Positions 60,926 through 64,000 of a stretch of 64,000 nt of DNA are shown in pieces. The DNA lies in contig CAVWIH010000013.1 in NCBI GenBank assembly GCA_963755025.1, positions 32,001 through 96,000 on the forward strand, read 5' to 3'. The stretch is from an uncultured Actinomycetes bacterium. Its GTDB lineage: Bacteria; Actinomycetota; Thermoleophilia; UBA2241. The notes beneath the pieces were generated by a model. It made no database searches. It was not told the DNA's origin and saw only the letters and a program-made list of their open reading frames with translations. The stretch's first letter is position 1. Each line of letters begins with the position of its first letter. The position numbers were made by a program, and so were the translations under genes.

Positions 60926-62551
60926 TTGAACATTGAGACTCGCGCCAAGGCAGGGATCACGCTGCGCGGCCGCCGTACGACCGTGCATCTGGTCGTGGCG
61001 CTTGTGGCAGGCGTCGCCCTGCTGGCCTTCTGGGGGCTCGCGGTCTGTACCGCGCCGGCGCCGGCCGCGCCGCTGCCGATCGCCTCCCTCTCCTCGCTGA
61101 CGCACCCCGACGAGGCCGTCTGGTACCCCGACCCCGATCCGAGCTTCGCGCGGAGCGCGATCGGGGCGGCGGGCTACTCGTATCTGCTCGATCAGACCGC
61201 CGACAGTGTGCCGGCGGCCTCGGTCATGGTCCCCGCCCTGCGCTTCTCGGCGGCGACGCTGAGAGCCGGCAGCGTGCCGTGGAGCGTCGGGTCGGGCGAC
61301 GTGACCGGCGACGGCAAGGCCGATCTCGTGGTCGCCGACTACGGCGCGGCGACGGTGAGCGTGCTGGCCGGCGACGGCGCGGGCGGCTTTGCCGCGCCGG
61401 TCGCCTACGGCACGGGCGCCGACCCGCACGGCGTGGCGGTGGCCGACCTGAACGGCGACGGCGTCGACGACGTGGTCGTCACGAACTGGGGCGACGCCAC
61501 GATCAGCGTCTTGCTGGCCAGGGGCGACGGTACGCTGGGCCCGGCGGTCACCTACGACGTCTCGGACCAGCCCAGCCAGATCGCCGGGGGCGACTTCAAC
61601 GGCGACGGCACGCCCGACCTGGCTGTGGCCGACTGGGGCGCGACCGACGACACGGTCGGCGTGCTGCTCGGCAAGGGCGACGGCGCCTTCGCCGCGCCGC
61701 AGACCTTCGCCGTGCCGACGAACCCGCACGGCCTTGCGGTCGGCGACTTCGACGGCGACGGCGCGCCCGACCTCGCCGTGGCCTGCAACGCGCCCGACGA
61801 GACCTCGGTGGCCGTGTTGCGCGACCTCACCCTTACGCCGCTCAGCGTTGCCTACAGCGGCAAGGCCGACGGGGTCTGGTACTTCCACGTGCTCGCCTTC
61901 GACGCGGCCGGCGACGCCGGGGCCACCGCGACGCGCGCGGTGCGCATCGACACCATGCCGCCCACGACCACCGTCTCCGGGGCCGACCGCCGCTGGCACC
62001 GCAAGCCCGTCACGCTGCGCTTCACGGCGGTCGACCCGGCCGCCGCCGGCGGTCAGGGCTCGGGAGTGCGGTCCACGCACTACTCGCTCGACGGCGGCAA
62101 GACGTGGACCAGGAAGGAGCTGGCGACGGTCTCGGCGACGGTCTCAGCCTCCGGCAACCACTCAGACGACGGCGTCCATACCGTCCTCTTTCGCGCTCGC
62201 GACCGTGCCGGGAACATCGAGGCCGCCCTGAGCTGCCGGGTGAAGATCGACACGCGCGGGCCGGTGACGGCCGCCCGTCCGGCAAGCGGCAGGGCGTGGC
62301 GCTCCCTCAGCCTGCGCTACCGTTTGAGCGACGCTCTGAGCCCACAGCTGACGAGCGTGACCGTGGTCATCAAGAACGCGGCCGGGCTGGTCGTGTCGCG
62401 GGTGTCGCGCGGCGTGCAGAGCACCGGGGTGTGGCAGAGGCTCACCTGGACTCCCAGGGCCCGAGGGGTTTACCACTTCGCGGTCTATGGCAAAGACTTG
62501 GCCGGCAACCCGCAATCACGCGCAGGCGAGGCGGCGATCACCATCCGATGA
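60926..62551 (+). CDS. Secreted FG-GAP/VCBS repeat protein with shared Ig-like C-terminal module
   Basis: Four D.(N/T/D)GDG..D repeats; C-terminal NHSDDGVH..D.AGN.E..IDT; start uncertain. Confidence 0.85.
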   Translation: MNIETRAKAGITLRGRRTTVHLVVALVAGVALLAFWGLAVCTAPAPAAPLPIASLSSLTHPDEAVWYPDPDPSFARSAIGAAGYSYLLDQTADSVPAASVMVPALRFSAATLRAGSVPWSVGSGDVTGDGKADLVVADYGAATVSVLAGDGAGGFAAPVAYGTGADPHGVAVADLNGDGVDDVVVTNWGDATISVLLARGDGTLGPAVTYDVSDQPSQIAGGDFNGDGTPDLAVADWGATDDTVGVLLGKGDGAFAAPQTFAVPTNPHGLAVGDFDGDGAPDLAVACNAPDETSVAVLRDLTLTPLSVAYSGKADGVWYFHVLAFDAAGDAGATATRAVRIDTMPPTTTVSGADRRWHRKPVTLRFTAVDPAAAGGQGSGVRSTHYSLDGGKTWTRKELATVSATVSASGNHSDDGVHTVLFRARDRAGNIEAALSCRVKIDTRGPVTAARPASGRAWRSLSLRYRLSDALSPQLTSVTVVIKNAAGLVVSRVSRGVQSTGVWQRLTWTPRARGVYHFAVYGKDLAGNPQSRAGEAAITIR

Positions 62552-62660
62552 TCGTGGACGAATGTCCCGTCGACGCGGGCGCGGGCGCAGGTCCATACTT
62601 CCCCTGGAGGGGCCGGCGGCAGCGCCGAGCTCACGAGGGCTCGCGGGGAGTTGGTGGTTC

Positions 62661-63896
62661 GTGGATGACGCGCAGACGATAATCGCCAGGGTCGGGGCAA
62701 CCATCGCCTCCAGCCTGACGATCGACGAGGTGCTCTCCGCCATCGCGCGCCAGGTCTGCGAGGCGTTCGGCGTCGCCTCCGCCGACATCCACCGCTACTC
62801 CGCCGACACCGACCTGCTCCACTACGTGGCGTCCTGGGGCGTGGCTGAGGGGTTCACCGAAGACGGCGCGGGCGTAGGCGAGTCGTACCCGCCCGAGATG
62901 CGCCTGAACTACGTACCCGTCGTGCGCGAGCGGCGCATCGTCGAGGTGCACCGCGACGATCCCGGACTGCCGGCCGCCGAGGCCGCCGAGATGGACCGCT
63001 GGGGCGAGATGTCCAACCTCGACGGGCCGCTCGAGTTCGGGGGGCAGGTGATCGGCGTGCTGGGCATCGTCGAGTCACGCTACTGCCGCCGTTTCACCGA
63101 GGCCGAGAAGCTGCTCTTCTCACAGCTCGCCGTGCTGGCCGCCATCGCCATCCACAACGCCGACGTCTTCAGCGTGCTCGAGCACCTCGTCATCACCGAC
63201 GGCCTCACCGACCTCTTCAATCACCGTCACTTCTACGACCGCCTCACGCAGGAGGCCGTGCGCGCGGCGCGCTACGAGCTGCCGCTCTCGCTGCTCATGA
63301 TCGACATCGACGATTTCAAGCGCTACAACGACCGGTTCGGGCACCGCGCCGGCGACGCCGTGCTGCGCGACCTCGCCGTGCTGCTCAAACAGCAGACTCG
63401 CCAGCAGATCGACGTCGTGGCGCGCTACGGCGGCGAGGAGTTCGCCGTCATCCTGCCGAGCACGGGCATGCAGAGCGCGGCGACGGTCGGCGAACGGCTG
63501 CGCAGCAGCGTCGCCGCCGGCGGCCTCCAAGGCGAGGCCGCCGCCCCCGATGGGGCCGGCGCTGCCCTTGGGGCTGACGCGGTCGGCGAGTCAGGCGCCG
63601 CCGATGAGCCGGGCGCCGCCGGCGACTCAGGCGCCGCCGGTGAGCCGGGCGCGGCCGACGGCGGCCCAGGAGCCGCCCTCAGCGCCGCCGAGCGCATACG
63701 CAGCGCGATTGCCGGAGAGGTCTTCGGTGGGCCCGACTCCCCGGCGAGGATCACGGTGAGCGTGGGGGTGGCGAGCTTTCCGTTGCACGCCGTGTCGATG
63801 GACGACCTGGTCGACGCCGCCGATCGCGCCGTTTACCAGGCCAAAGGGCGCGGCAAGAACCGCGTCGAGATGGCGGGCGAGCTCACCACGCCGTGA
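62661..63896 (+). CDS. GAF + GGDEF diguanylate cyclase
   Basis: GAF; DGLTDLFN, DIDDFK.YND.FGH, RYGGEEF; Gly/Ala-rich insertion. Confidence 0.9.
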   Translation: MDDAQTIIARVGATIASSLTIDEVLSAIARQVCEAFGVASADIHRYSADTDLLHYVASWGVAEGFTEDGAGVGESYPPEMRLNYVPVVRERRIVEVHRDDPGLPAAEAAEMDRWGEMSNLDGPLEFGGQVIGVLGIVESRYCRRFTEAEKLLFSQLAVLAAIAIHNADVFSVLEHLVITDGLTDLFNHRHFYDRLTQEAVRAARYELPLSLLMIDIDDFKRYNDRFGHRAGDAVLRDLAVLLKQQTRQQIDVVARYGGEEFAVILPSTGMQSAATVGERLRSSVAAGGLQGEAAAPDGAGAALGADAVGESGAADEPGAAGDSGAAGEPGAADGGPGAALSAAERIRSAIAGEVFGGPDSPARITVSVGVASFPLHAVSMDDLVDAADRAVYQAKGRGKNRVEMAGELTTP

Positions 63897-63911
63897 CCGC
63901 CGGCGCGGCGC

Positions 63912-64000
63912 TCACCACATGCCGGTGGCGAAGCACCAGAGCGGCGCCGCCACCGCGAGGACCGGTACCAGGACGACGATGAACAGGGCCAGGGGTTTGG
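63912..64000 (-). CDS. 3' end of a membrane protein (runs off the window)
   Basis: KPLALFIVVLVPVLAVAAPLWCFATGMW*. Confidence 0.5.
   Translation of the reverse strand, partial: KPLALFIVVLVPVLAVAAPLWCFATGMW

Overview
Very GC-rich bacterial DNA; gene content and att-site style suggest an anaerobic actinobacterium (Thermoleophilia-like; inference only). Many otherwise intact genes carry 1-bp frameshifts, most simply explained as long-read indel errors. The left half (1 to ~30.4 kb) is accessory DNA and looks like a tandem stack of tRNA-targeted integrative elements. Two tRNA 3'-end fragments (7016-7046; tRNA-Cys-type 29506-29551), each followed by the same ACCTGCTCAGGGC hairpin and flanked by 11-bp-period arm-type repeats, bound a ~22.5 kb satellite-like element (tyrosine integrase with a Zn-ribbon, Xis-like HTH, AAA helicase, ParB fusion, DNA methylase, TerS-like protein, IS481, TA module). 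The most striking signal is in its cargo region (7.2-16.1 kb): co-oriented gene blocks are separated by degenerate copies of the integrase's own 3' tail, an integron-like or accretion-type architecture. A ~2.9 kb inversion appears to have split a beta-propeller gene and an antitoxin gene. The right half looks chromosomal: ECF sigma locus, xanthine-dehydrogenase-family operon with a GltD-like insertion in the FAD subunit, secreted proteins sharing an Ig-like module, ABC substrate-binding protein, class IV aminotransferase, PBP2, c-di-GMP enzymes and an APC permease. No CRISPR array, rRNA or complete tRNA was seen.
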